DNA of 64,000 bases from contig DASUTC010000210.1 of the NCBI GenBank assembly GCA_036374795.1, positions 2,533 to 66,532 of the forward strand, written 5' to 3'. This document shows, piece after piece, positions 52,373-60,520 of this stretch (its first letter is position 1; the number at the start of each line of letters is the position of its first letter). Both the position numbers and the translations under genes were made by a program. This stretch comes from Herpetosiphonaceae bacterium. Its GTDB lineage: Bacteria > Chloroflexota > Chloroflexia > Chloroflexales > Kallotenuaceae. Under the pieces are notes generated by a model. It had not been told where the DNA came from. It worked only from the letters and a program-made list of their open reading frames with translations, and searched no databases.

Positions 52373-52686
52373 GTGTGGCGCTGGAATGCCTGGGCGACGG
52401 CGGCGACGATCCGCAGCAGATCGAGCGACCCGGCGGCGACGATCGCGCCGTCCAGCAGCACGATAGGCAGCGGCAGCCGATCCGCGCCAGGCAGAGCAAT
52501 CGTCTCGTCGATCCGCGCCTGGGCTTGAGGATCGCCGAGGTCGTAGTAGGCGACCTCAACCGCCGCGCCGTAGATCCGGTTCAGCGACGCTGTGAGCGCT
52601 GCGGCTGCCTCCGACGAAGGCACGCGCGGCGCTCAGCCGTGGCGGCTGTACACGTCGGCTGGCTCGCCGTAGATCTCTAGCTGCAT
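52363..52686 (-). CDS. ArsD-like thioredoxin-fold protein with in-frame TGA (candidate selenoprotein, or pseudogene / shorter ORF from GTG 52623)
   Basis: GGGAGGAG RBS + ATG 52686 gives MQLEIYGEPADVYSRHG-TGA(52635-52633)-APRVPSSEAAAAL...LPLPIVLLDGAIVAAG. The TGA begins a hairpin of about 43 nt. Confidence 0.35.
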
Positions 52687-52808
52687 CGGCTCCTCCCCTG
52701 CGATCGGCTCGATGGCCGATCTGCTGCAATGATTGTACCGCCCGGCAGCCCGAAAATATGCTACGATCCCTACTGAGTCGATCGCCAGCATTATCTGTGG
52801 AGCTATCC

Positions 52809-53243
52809 GTGAACTATCCCTATACCGTGTCGGTCAACGTTTCGTTTCGCGACATCGACGCGCTCGGACATGTCAACAACGCGGTCTATCTGACCTATTT
52901 CGAGCAGGCGCGCATCGGCTACGGGCTTCAGCTTGTCGGCGGCAGCGGCGTCGACGATCTGCATTTTGTGCTGGCCGAAGCGACAGTATCCTATCTGCGT
53001 CCCGTGTTTTTCGGCGATGTGCTGGAGATCGGCGTGCGCGTCGGCGAGATCGGCACCAAAAGCTTTGTGATGGACTACAGTATCCAGCGCCAGTCGGACG
53101 GCGAGCTGATCGCCCGTGGTCGCACGGTGCAGGTCTGGTACAACTATCAGACGCAGCGCTCGCAGCCGGTGCCCGATTCGTTTCGGGCGGCGGTGGCGCG
53201 GGATAACGAGCGGCTACGCCAGTCCGTGCCGCAGGAGGAGTAG
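52809..53243 (+). CDS. Acyl-CoA thioesterase (4HBT / YbgC-like hotdog)
   Basis: VSFRDIDALGHVNNAVYLTYFE. GGAG lies 6 nt before GTG 52809. The ORF-track ATG at 52758 sits inside a putative promoter. Confidence 0.75.
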   Translation: MNYPYTVSVNVSFRDIDALGHVNNAVYLTYFEQARIGYGLQLVGGSGVDDLHFVLAEATVSYLRPVFFGDVLEIGVRVGEIGTKSFVMDYSIQRQSDGELIARGRTVQVWYNYQTQRSQPVPDSFRAAVARDNERLRQSVPQEE

Positions 53244-53269
53244 CGCAAGCTCAACGCGCGAGGGAGGCC

Positions 53270-53941
53270 ATGGCATTCAAAGAGCCGATTCCCAATCTCG
53301 AAACAGCCGACGGATTACCGCGCGATGCGCTGATCTGTACTGCGTGCGGCTATGTGATGGCTCAGTGGGCTGGCGATCCGCTGAGCTGGCCGCGCGAGAT
53401 CGGCAGCGGCGACGATGTCAAGTATCAATGTCCGGCCTGCGATAGCGATCTCCAGGCGTGGGCACCCGTGCCAACCGTGCTGGGCGAGCGGCGCATCGAT
53501 ATTGCCGCGCTGATTCACGACGGCGAGGGCCAGGCCGTCGACTTCAAGGATTATGGCAGCGTGGACAGCCCCGATCTTCAGCGCGACCTGGCGCGGCATA
53601 TTGCGGCGTTCGGCACCAGCGGCGGCGGCGTGCTGCTGATCGGCGTGCGCAACGACGGCACGATCTCCGGCATCAACGGCGCGGACAATGTCGAGGGCCG
53701 CGACCGCTGGCGGAAGGCGATCTACGCGGCCAGCCGGATGGTCAAACCGGCGATTGTGGTTGCGCCCGATTTTATCGAGGCGAACGGCTCGCTGGTGCTG
53801 GCGATCCGCATTCCGCGCGGTCACGAGCCGGTCTATTATTTCTCGAACCGGCCCTACATTCGCGATGGGCAGGCGTCGCGGCCAGCCGAGCCCGACGAGG
53901 TCAAGGCGCTCTACACGCGTCAACCGAGCGGCGGCCTGTAG
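53270..53941 (+). CDS. Zinc-ribbon + AlbA_2 (Schlafen-like divergent AAA) domain protein
   Basis: CTACG...CPACD zinc ribbon. Also EGQAVDFKDY...AAFGTSGGGVLLIGVRNDGTISGI...RPYIRDGQASRPAEPDE. Confidence 0.55.
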   Translation: MAFKEPIPNLETADGLPRDALICTACGYVMAQWAGDPLSWPREIGSGDDVKYQCPACDSDLQAWAPVPTVLGERRIDIAALIHDGEGQAVDFKDYGSVDSPDLQRDLARHIAAFGTSGGGVLLIGVRNDGTISGINGADNVEGRDRWRKAIYAASRMVKPAIVVAPDFIEANGSLVLAIRIPRGHEPVYYFSNRPYIRDGQASRPAEPDEVKALYTRQPSGGL

Positions 53942-53972
53942 CGTGTCGCCGCGTGAGTATAAAGGACGATCC

Positions 53973-54584
53973 ATGGAGTCTCCAAGCACACGCTTGATTC
54001 TGGTCCGTCATGGCGAGACGGAAGCCAATGTTGCCGGGCGCATGCAGGGCCGCAGCAACGATCCGCTGACCCCGCTCGGCCAGCGGCAGGTACACGCGGT
54101 TGCGGCCAGGCTCAAGCGCGAGGGCCATCCGATCGAGGCGCTCTACACCAGCTCGCTGCTGCGGGCATGTCTCACCGCCGACGCGATCGGCGCGGAGCTG
54201 GGCCTGACGCCCCGGCTGCGCGATGGGCTGCAAGAGATGCATCTTGGCGACCTCGATGGCGAGTCGGCGGCGACGCTCTTTGCTGCCATGCCGCGCTCGC
54301 TCGACGAGAGCTACCCCGGCGGCGAGTCGCTGCGTGAGTTCGTCGAGCGCATCATGGGCACGCTCTACGGCATTGCCATCGCGCACACCGGCGGCACCGT
54401 TGCCGTGGTCAGCCACGGCGGCGTGATCAGCACAGCCCTGTCGATCTGGAAGCGCGGCCACGGCGGCGCGTGGCGCGAGTACGCGCCTGATAACTGCGCG
54501 ATCTCGATCGTCGAGTTCCAGGCCGGTCCCGCCGTGATCAGCGTCAACGATTGCACGCATCTCACGCGCGAGGCCAACGGATAA
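53973..54584 (+). CDS. Histidine phosphatase (PGAM/CobC-like) family protein
   Basis: LILVRHGETEAN and VVSHGGVI. Confidence 0.85.
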   Translation: MESPSTRLILVRHGETEANVAGRMQGRSNDPLTPLGQRQVHAVAARLKREGHPIEALYTSSLLRACLTADAIGAELGLTPRLRDGLQEMHLGDLDGESAATLFAAMPRSLDESYPGGESLREFVERIMGTLYGIAIAHTGGTVAVVSHGGVISTALSIWKRGHGGAWREYAPDNCAISIVEFQAGPAVISVNDCTHLTREANG

Positions 54585-54679
54585 CACCGCCTCTGGGACG
54601 CGCTGCCGCTCTGCGCGTCCCTCCTTCCCTCCGCCCAACCGCCCAAGCTTTGCCTCAAAATTGAGTAATTTCCGCAAAC

Positions 54680-54702
54680 GTTGTGACCGTACCTGTCACA
54701 AC
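54680..54702. promoter_or_regulatory. Perfect inverted repeat GTTGTGAC-N7-GTCACAAC
   Basis: 8-bp arms, read directly from the sequence. It ends 7 nt upstream of a TATACT hexamer (54710-54715). Confidence 0.3.
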
Positions 54703-54767
54703 GGGTGGTTATACTGGCTTCATCAGGCGAAGGTGAGATGGAGCTAACGCATACCAATCGGCTGGAC

Positions 54768-54796
54768 TTGCGCTTGTCGAACACGTGTGCTATACT
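54768..54796 (+). promoter_or_regulatory. Promoter with embedded LexA (Cheo-box-like) site
   Basis: TTGCGC, a 17-nt spacer, then TATACT. The spacer contains CGAACACGTGTGCT (54778-54791), which matches CGAAC-N4-GTTYC at 12 of 14 positions. Confidence 0.45.
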
Positions 54797-54849
54797 ATAG
54801 CTTCACATAACATGAGCCGGAGTGTGTTATCTAAAACGGAGGAAACCCA

Positions 54850-55620
54850 ATGCCTAAGCACGAAGAAACAGTCCAGGCCAGCGTGACACGCACGCTGCGG
54901 GCGGCAGTCAAAGTCGGAGACGATTACTACACGCTCGAAGAGACGATCACGCTGCCGCCGACGGCCAGCGACGAGCAGATTGCCCAGGCGGTCGCCACGG
55001 GGCTGCGCATGTACGAGGCACAGCGCGCGGCGGTCGAGGCGCAGGTCCGCGATCTGCGCGAGCATGTCGTCGCACAGCCGCTGCCGGTCCAGATCCGCGA
55101 GCCTGACGCTCCCGCCAGCGAGAAGCAGCGCCAGTACATGGAGTACCTGCTCAAGGAGCTAGGCTGGGATAACGAGCGGCTGGCAGCCTTTGCCGCCGAT
55201 CGCATGCTGAACCTGCTGACGCTGACCAAGCGCGAAGCATCCGAGCTGATCGACGAGCTGAAGGGCGCGCTCTCCGGCTCCGTAGACGAAGCGCCGTCCG
55301 ATGCCGCCGCGCCTGTGGAGGCAGCGGCGGAGGAGCCCGCCGCCGAGCAGCCGCAGCCTGAGCCAGCTCCCACCGACCGCCAGGCGATTCTGCCGATCGG
55401 CGAGCGCGCGACACAGCGCCAGGTCCGCGCGCTGGAGCGTCTGGTCGACGAGCGCGGCATCGATGTCGAGGGCGAGCTGCGAGCGCGCTTCGGCGATCGT
55501 GGCCTGGCCGATCTTTCGATGGATGAGGCCGGCCAGTTGCTCAGCGAATGGCAGCAGCGCCCCCGCCAGCTTCGCCCGCGCGATGCGTCTGCCGCCTCCG
55601 GCACCCGCCGCGCAGCTTAA
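54850..55620 (+). CDS. Hypothetical protein with two copies of a helical (S/T)xxQxxxLxxL...L(T/S)xxEAxxLIxE motif
   Basis: ASEKQRQYMEYLLKELGWD...LTKREASELIDELKG and ATQRQVRALERLVDERGID...LSMDEAGQLLSEWQQ, separated by an acidic Pro/Ala linker. GGAGGAAAC RBS. Confidence 0.6.
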   Translation: MPKHEETVQASVTRTLRAAVKVGDDYYTLEETITLPPTASDEQIAQAVATGLRMYEAQRAAVEAQVRDLREHVVAQPLPVQIREPDAPASEKQRQYMEYLLKELGWDNERLAAFAADRMLNLLTLTKREASELIDELKGALSGSVDEAPSDAAAPVEAAAEEPAAEQPQPEPAPTDRQAILPIGERATQRQVRALERLVDERGIDVEGELRARFGDRGLADLSMDEAGQLLSEWQQRPRQLRPRDASAASGTRRAA

Positions 55621-55757
55621 TTCGGGCCTGCGATGGCCTTCAGCCCTCAGCCGAGGGCCATCGCGCACGGTTGTACGTTCTATTGTGTTGGTCCGAATCG
55701 TGCGCTTGAGCCTAACAAGCGCATGAACAAGTTGCGCATGATGCGTGGAGGTGTACA

Positions 55758-56144
55758 ATGAAGCCGGTGCGAGGTACTGTTAACTATGTCGAGCTGATCG
55801 GGTGGCTGGGCAACGATCCCGAACAGCGCTATACCCCGTCGGGCGTGCCGATCGCGGAGTTTAGCGTCGCCACCAAGCGGCCCGGCAGCCGCAACGAAGA
55901 CGGCACCTGGAACTACGACACGGATTGGATCGATGTGGTCGCCTGGGACCAGCTGGCCGAGACGGCGGTCGCGAATCTACGCAAAGGCAGCCGGGTGCGT
56001 GTGACGGGCAGCCTGCGCACGGATAGCTGGGAAGATCGCGAAGGAAACAAGCGCAAGCGCATCATGGTGCGCGCCGACGACATCATGTTTCTGGATGCCC
56101 GGCCCGCGCTCGACGAGACGGCTATGAGCGAGGCCCCATTTTAG
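55758..56144 (+). CDS. ssb: Single-stranded DNA-binding protein (short, 128 aa)
   Basis: OB-fold start NYVELIGWLGNDPEQRYTPSG. C-terminal acidic tip ending in EAPF. Confidence 0.9.
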   Translation: MKPVRGTVNYVELIGWLGNDPEQRYTPSGVPIAEFSVATKRPGSRNEDGTWNYDTDWIDVVAWDQLAETAVANLRKGSRVRVTGSLRTDSWEDREGNKRKRIMVRADDIMFLDARPALDETAMSEAPF

Positions 56145-56172
56145 CCAGAACACACCTACCCTTCACACCCGT

Positions 56173-56207
56173 GCCCGGAGTTCTATAGACTCCGGGCGCA
56201 TCTTTTT
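56173..56207 (+). terminator. Intrinsic terminator after ssb
   Basis: GCCCGGAGT-tctatag-ACTCCGGGC, then GCATCTTTTT. Confidence 0.7.
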
Positions 56208-56304
56208 AAATCGCTGGTATACTTGAGCATACCATTGCAGCATTATTCCAGGTCGGGCCTCATCCAGGGCTGTCGATTGCGGCCCTGTTGGGATGCGATA
56301 GGCA

Positions 56305-56313
56305 TGTTATAAT
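56305..56313 (+). promoter_or_regulatory. Extended -10 (TGTTATAAT) 7 nt before the ATG; likely leaderless mRNA
   Basis: TATAAT at 56308-56313 and ATG at 56321. No RBS fits in the gap. Confidence 0.4.
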
Positions 56314-56320
56314 CTGGCCG

Positions 56321-57139
56321 ATGAGCCTCCAAGTTCGGTCCTTAGCCAGCGGCAGCAGTGGCAACGCGTTTCTGGTGCGAACAACTGCTGGCGCGTTTTT
56401 AATCGATGCCGGCCTGTCCGCGCGCACGCTAGAGCGGGTGCTACGCCAACATAATGTTGAGCCGAGCACGCTCACGGCGATCGTGCTCTCGCATGAGCAT
56501 CACGACCACGCGCAGGGTGCCGGGCCGTTAGCGCGGCGCTACAACGTGCCGATCGTCTGTACCTCTGGCACGGCGCAAGCCCTCGGAGCGGCGGTCCAGG
56601 GCGTGGATCTGCGAGCCTTGCACGCCGACGGCATCAGCGTGGGCGATGCCGATGTCTGGAGCTTTGCGCTGCCGCACGATGCCGCCGAGCCTGTCGGCGT
56701 GCTGCTGCGTCACCAGGAGTGGACGATCGGCATCGCGCTCGATTTTGGACATACTCAGCCACATATTGTCGCCGCGCTCCAGGAGGCGAACCTCGTGGTG
56801 ATCGAGGCGAACCACGACCGCGAGCGGCTGCTGGCGACGGCCTATCCGTGGAGCACCAAGCATCGCATTCTGGGAGAGTACGGGCACCTGTCGAATTTGC
56901 AGGCGGCGCAACTGATCGAGGCGATTGTGCAGGATGGTCGGCGGCGCGACGTGTGGCTCGGGCACCTGTCCGAGCGAGCGAATGACCGTCCGCGCGGCGT
57001 GATCCAGTTTGTGCGCAACTATCTCGACATGCTGGACGTGCCGCCGCTCACGTTGAGCATTGCGCAGCGCGACAAGCCGAGCGCAACCTGGCACAGCGAT
57101 CTGGCGCTTCAGCAGGGCGAACTCTTTCAAATCTGCTAA
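56321..57139 (+). CDS. MBL-fold metallo-hydrolase (YycJ/WalJ-like)
   Basis: LASGSSGNAFLV and LSHEHHDHAQG. Confidence 0.8.
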   Translation: MSLQVRSLASGSSGNAFLVRTTAGAFLIDAGLSARTLERVLRQHNVEPSTLTAIVLSHEHHDHAQGAGPLARRYNVPIVCTSGTAQALGAAVQGVDLRALHADGISVGDADVWSFALPHDAAEPVGVLLRHQEWTIGIALDFGHTQPHIVAALQEANLVVIEANHDRERLLATAYPWSTKHRILGEYGHLSNLQAAQLIEAIVQDGRRRDVWLGHLSERANDRPRGVIQFVRNYLDMLDVPPLTLSIAQRDKPSATWHSDLALQQGELFQIC

Positions 57140-57260
57140 TCTGGCGGTACTCTCCGACCACTAACCAATGATACCTGCAAGATCGTGATACTCATGCTCC
57201 ATGTCTGATACGAAGAACGGTAGTAGCATAGAGGTGCGCGGAATAACTAGGGGCGAGGCC

Positions 57261-58883
57261 ATGAACGGACAAAACCCGGCGCGAATTCTAATCGTCGATG
57301 ATCATGAGGATAATGTTGACCTCCTCCGCATGATTCTGCGCTCGCAAGGCTACGATATTTTGACGGCCAGCGATGGCCTGCAAGCGTTAGAGATCATCCA
57401 ACATACCATCCCCGATCTGATGCTGCTCGACGTGATGATGCCGCGCATGAGCGGCTACGAGGTGATCGAGGAGGTGCGCCGCAACCACGAGGAATACCTG
57501 CCGATCATGCTGATTACCGCCAAGCATGATCTATCGGATAAGGTCAGAGGCCTTGAAGTTGGCGCGGACGATTTCCTGAGCAAGCCGGTCCAAAGCGCCG
57601 AGCTGATCGCCAAAGTTCGCGCGCTGCTGCGTCTCAAGCAGGTGCAAGACGAGCTGATCAACGAGCGCGACAAAAACGAGATGCTCTGTTTCGTCGGGCA
57701 GCAGCTTAACAGCACGCTGGATGTCGACCAGCTTGTGCGCGAGGCGCTGAATGTGATGGTCAATCTGATCGGGGCGACGCAGGGCAGCGTGCTGATCAAG
57801 CATCCGCGCGGCCAGACCTGGCGCAAGATCACCACGCTGGTCGAAGGCGATCAGACGCATCATCCCGATGAAACAACGCTGGTGCTGGCGCAAGGTCTGG
57901 CCGGTCTGGCGCTGCGCAGCCGCGAGACGGTTCTCGTCACCGATACGATCAACGACTCCCGCTGGCTGCCGCTGGACGATCTGACCGGGCCGGTGCGTAC
58001 CGCGCTGGCGATCCCGCTGATTCATAACCATACTGAGCTGGGCGTGCTGACGCTGATGCATCGAGAGCCGCAGCGCTTCCGCGAAGAGCAACTGCCGATG
58101 GTGAGCTCAGTCGCGGCGCAGGTGATGTCGGCGCTGTATAACGCCAGCCTCTACACCCAGCTTAAACAGGCCGAGGCCGCGCGCGAGTATGTGGTGCATA
58201 TGCTGACGCACGATCTGCGCGCTCCCCTGGCGGGCATTATGGGCTGCCTGCATGTGCTTGGCGTCAGCGTGCAAGATCCCGACAGCATGGAGTTTATCGA
58301 TCTGGCGCGCAAGGCGTGCGAGGCCCAGGAGGAGCTGATCAACGATATTCTCGACGTATATCGCGCTGAAACCGGGCTGCTGGAGCTGGCAAAAGTGCCG
58401 TTCCAGCCGTCCGATCTGAAAGGCCCGGTGCTGGATCAGCTTTCGGGCGCTGCCGCCGAGCGCAAGCTGCGGCTCACAATCGAGATGCCGGAGGAGCCGA
58501 CGATCATCGCCGACATGCGTAAGCTGAGCCGCGTGCTCGTCAATCTGGTCAATAACGCGATCAAGTTTACGCGCAAAGGTGGCGTGTATATTACTGCGAG
58601 GCGGGCGGAAAACGACGTCCAAATGCTGTTTACGGTACGCGATACCGGCGTTGGGATTGCGCCGGAGGATGTCGGGCATATCTTCGACCGGTTCTTCCAG
58701 GCCCGGCAGGAGGGCGCGCGGCGTGGTTCCGGGCTTGGCCTGAACTTCTGCCGTGAGGTTGTGCGCGCGCATGGCGGCCAGATCTGGGCCGAAAGCCAGC
58801 TCGATGTTGGTACGACGATCTACTTTACCATTCCCCTAGAAGGTAACTTTGATGACCAAGTGGCGATTACTGATCGCAGATGA
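57261..58883 (+). CDS. Hybrid sensor: receiver + GAF + HisKA/HATPase histidine kinase
   Basis: REC (ILIVDDHEDN...LLDVMMP), a GAF-like middle region, the H-box HMLTHDLRAPL, and G-boxes RDTGVGI and GSGLGL. ATG 57201 is an alternative start. Confidence 0.85.
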   Translation: MNGQNPARILIVDDHEDNVDLLRMILRSQGYDILTASDGLQALEIIQHTIPDLMLLDVMMPRMSGYEVIEEVRRNHEEYLPIMLITAKHDLSDKVRGLEVGADDFLSKPVQSAELIAKVRALLRLKQVQDELINERDKNEMLCFVGQQLNSTLDVDQLVREALNVMVNLIGATQGSVLIKHPRGQTWRKITTLVEGDQTHHPDETTLVLAQGLAGLALRSRETVLVTDTINDSRWLPLDDLTGPVRTALAIPLIHNHTELGVLTLMHREPQRFREEQLPMVSSVAAQVMSALYNASLYTQLKQAEAAREYVVHMLTHDLRAPLAGIMGCLHVLGVSVQDPDSMEFIDLARKACEAQEELINDILDVYRAETGLLELAKVPFQPSDLKGPVLDQLSGAAAERKLRLTIEMPEEPTIIADMRKLSRVLVNLVNNAIKFTRKGGVYITARRAENDVQMLFTVRDTGVGIAPEDVGHIFDRFFQARQEGARRGSGLGLNFCREVVRAHGGQIWAESQLDVGTTIYFTIPLEGNFDDQVAITDRR

Positions 58884-59550
58884 CGATCTCGTGGTGCGGC
58901 GCTCGTTAGAGGCGAGCTTTCTCACCGATGGGTTCGACGTAGTGACGGCCCCGGATGGCGAAACCGCCCTGGAAAAAGTGAATCAGCGCTGGCCGGATAT
59001 CGCGGTGCTGGACCTGATGATGCCGGATATGACCGGGTTCGATCTGTCGGACCGGCTGCGCCGCGCGGTGGAGATCCCGATTATCATTCTGACCTCGATC
59101 AGCGACGAGGAGACGACGATCAAGGGCCTGGAGGAGCACGCGGATGATTATATTATCAAGCCGTTCAGCTACCCGATCCTCCGCGCGCGCGTCAACCGGC
59201 TGCTGGCGCGCTACTACGAGGGCGGGCTGCATCCCGGCGAGCGCGTGGTCGTCGATCAGCATCTAACGGTCGATTTCGGGCATCGCCTGGCATGGGTCGA
59301 CGGCAAGCAGGTCGCGCTGACGCCGATCGAGGCGCGAATCCTGTTCCTGCTGATGCAGAACGCCAACACGATCGTGCCCACGGCGACGCTGCTGCGCAAA
59401 GCCTGGGGCTTTGGCGAGGAGGGCGATCCCGAATCGCTCTGGGTGCGCATTCGCAAGCTGCGCAACAAGATCGAGCCGGAGCCCGACAGCCAGCGCTATA
59501 TTCATACCGAGCGCGGCGTCGGCTATCGCTTCAATCGTCGCGCCTCGTGA
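58852..59550 (+). CDS. OmpR-family response regulator
   Basis: LLIADDD...VLDLMMPDMTG receiver domain and a winged-helix C-terminus (RYIHTERGVGYRF). It overlaps the kinase 3' end. Confidence 0.9.
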   Translation: MTKWRLLIADDDLVVRRSLEASFLTDGFDVVTAPDGETALEKVNQRWPDIAVLDLMMPDMTGFDLSDRLRRAVEIPIIILTSISDEETTIKGLEEHADDYIIKPFSYPILRARVNRLLARYYEGGLHPGERVVVDQHLTVDFGHRLAWVDGKQVALTPIEARILFLLMQNANTIVPTATLLRKAWGFGEEGDPESLWVRIRKLRNKIEPEPDSQRYIHTERGVGYRFNRRAS

Positions 59551-59593
59551 TGGCATGATGGGCGCTCGGTTGCGATAAGGAATCCTGGTATGT

Positions 59594-59626
59594 GAAGCGG
59601 CTCGCGTTGACGGCGCGAGCCGCTTC
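59594..59626. terminator. 13-bp hairpin between convergent genes
   Basis: GAAGCGGCTCGCG-ttgacgg-CGCGAGCCGCTTC. No clear U-tract. Confidence 0.45.
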
Positions 59627-59674
59627 GCCTTAACCTCGATCGCACCTGCTGGCAGCGCAGCCCCGCACGCCCTC

Positions 59675-60520
59675 CTACTGAACGGTCATCTCAAACCAGC
59701 GGCTAAGCAGCGCGATCACCTGATCGGCGGTTTCTTCGATCGGCTTGTTGGTGACGTTGACCAGCGCAAATCCATGCCGCCGACACAGCCGCCGCGCGCT
59801 CATGATCTCGTCTTGGAGCATCTCAGGCTCCGTATAATCGCGGCCAGTCGTTCCGACCATTGCTGAGCGCCGCCAGTGACGATGCTGGAGCAAAATATCC
59901 ACGTCGATCGTCAGACCAACCACGCGATGCGGATCGATCTGGAACAGCTCGGCTGGCGGCGCGACGTGTGGCACCAGCGGAACATTCGCGACTTTCCAGC
60001 CGAGCACCGAGAGGTAGATGCTGAGCGGCGTTTTGCCGACGCGCGACACGCCGACCAGCACCACGTCGGCCTGGTGCAGCTCATGCGGGTTGCGCCCGTC
60101 GTCATGCTCGACGGTGTACTCAATCGCGTGGATGCGTTCGAGATAGACCTCGTGCTGGCGCTGGTAGAGGCCGGGCTGTCCCAGCGGCTCATGCCCGAAG
60201 ACTGAGGCGATTTGCGCAAGCGGATCGCCGATCGTGTCGATCGCCGGAATCCGGTGCTGCTCGGTCAGCGCGACCAGCGTCCGGCGCATGGTCGGCTCGA
60301 CCATCGTGTGGATGATAATGCCCTGCTTGGCCGCTACCTGCGCGATCACCTCTGGAAGCTGCTCGGCGTGGCGGACCTGCGGAATCACCAGGACTTGCGG
60401 ATTGATCTGTGGAAACTGCGAGAGCGCGATCCGGGCGATATGCTTGCCGAGCGCGCCAGCGCCGCCGGAGATGATAAAGATCGGTGGAAGCTCTTGGGAG
60501 TTTGGCTGTATACTCGCCAT
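59675..60520 (-). CDS. ppsR: Pyruvate-phosphate dikinase / PEP synthase regulatory kinase-pyrophosphorylase (DUF299)
   Basis: VVLVGVSRVGKTPLSIYLS...KVANVPLV. Confidence 0.85.
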   Translation of the reverse strand: MASIQPNSQELPPIFIISGGAGALGKHIARIALSQFPQINPQVLVIPQVRHAEQLPEVIAQVAAKQGIIIHTMVEPTMRRTLVALTEQHRIPAIDTIGDPLAQIASVFGHEPLGQPGLYQRQHEVYLERIHAIEYTVEHDDGRNPHELHQADVVLVGVSRVGKTPLSIYLSVLGWKVANVPLVPHVAPPAELFQIDPHRVVGLTIDVDILLQHRHWRRSAMVGTTGRDYTEPEMLQDEIMSARRLCRRHGFALVNVTNKPIEETADQVIALLSRWFEMTVQ

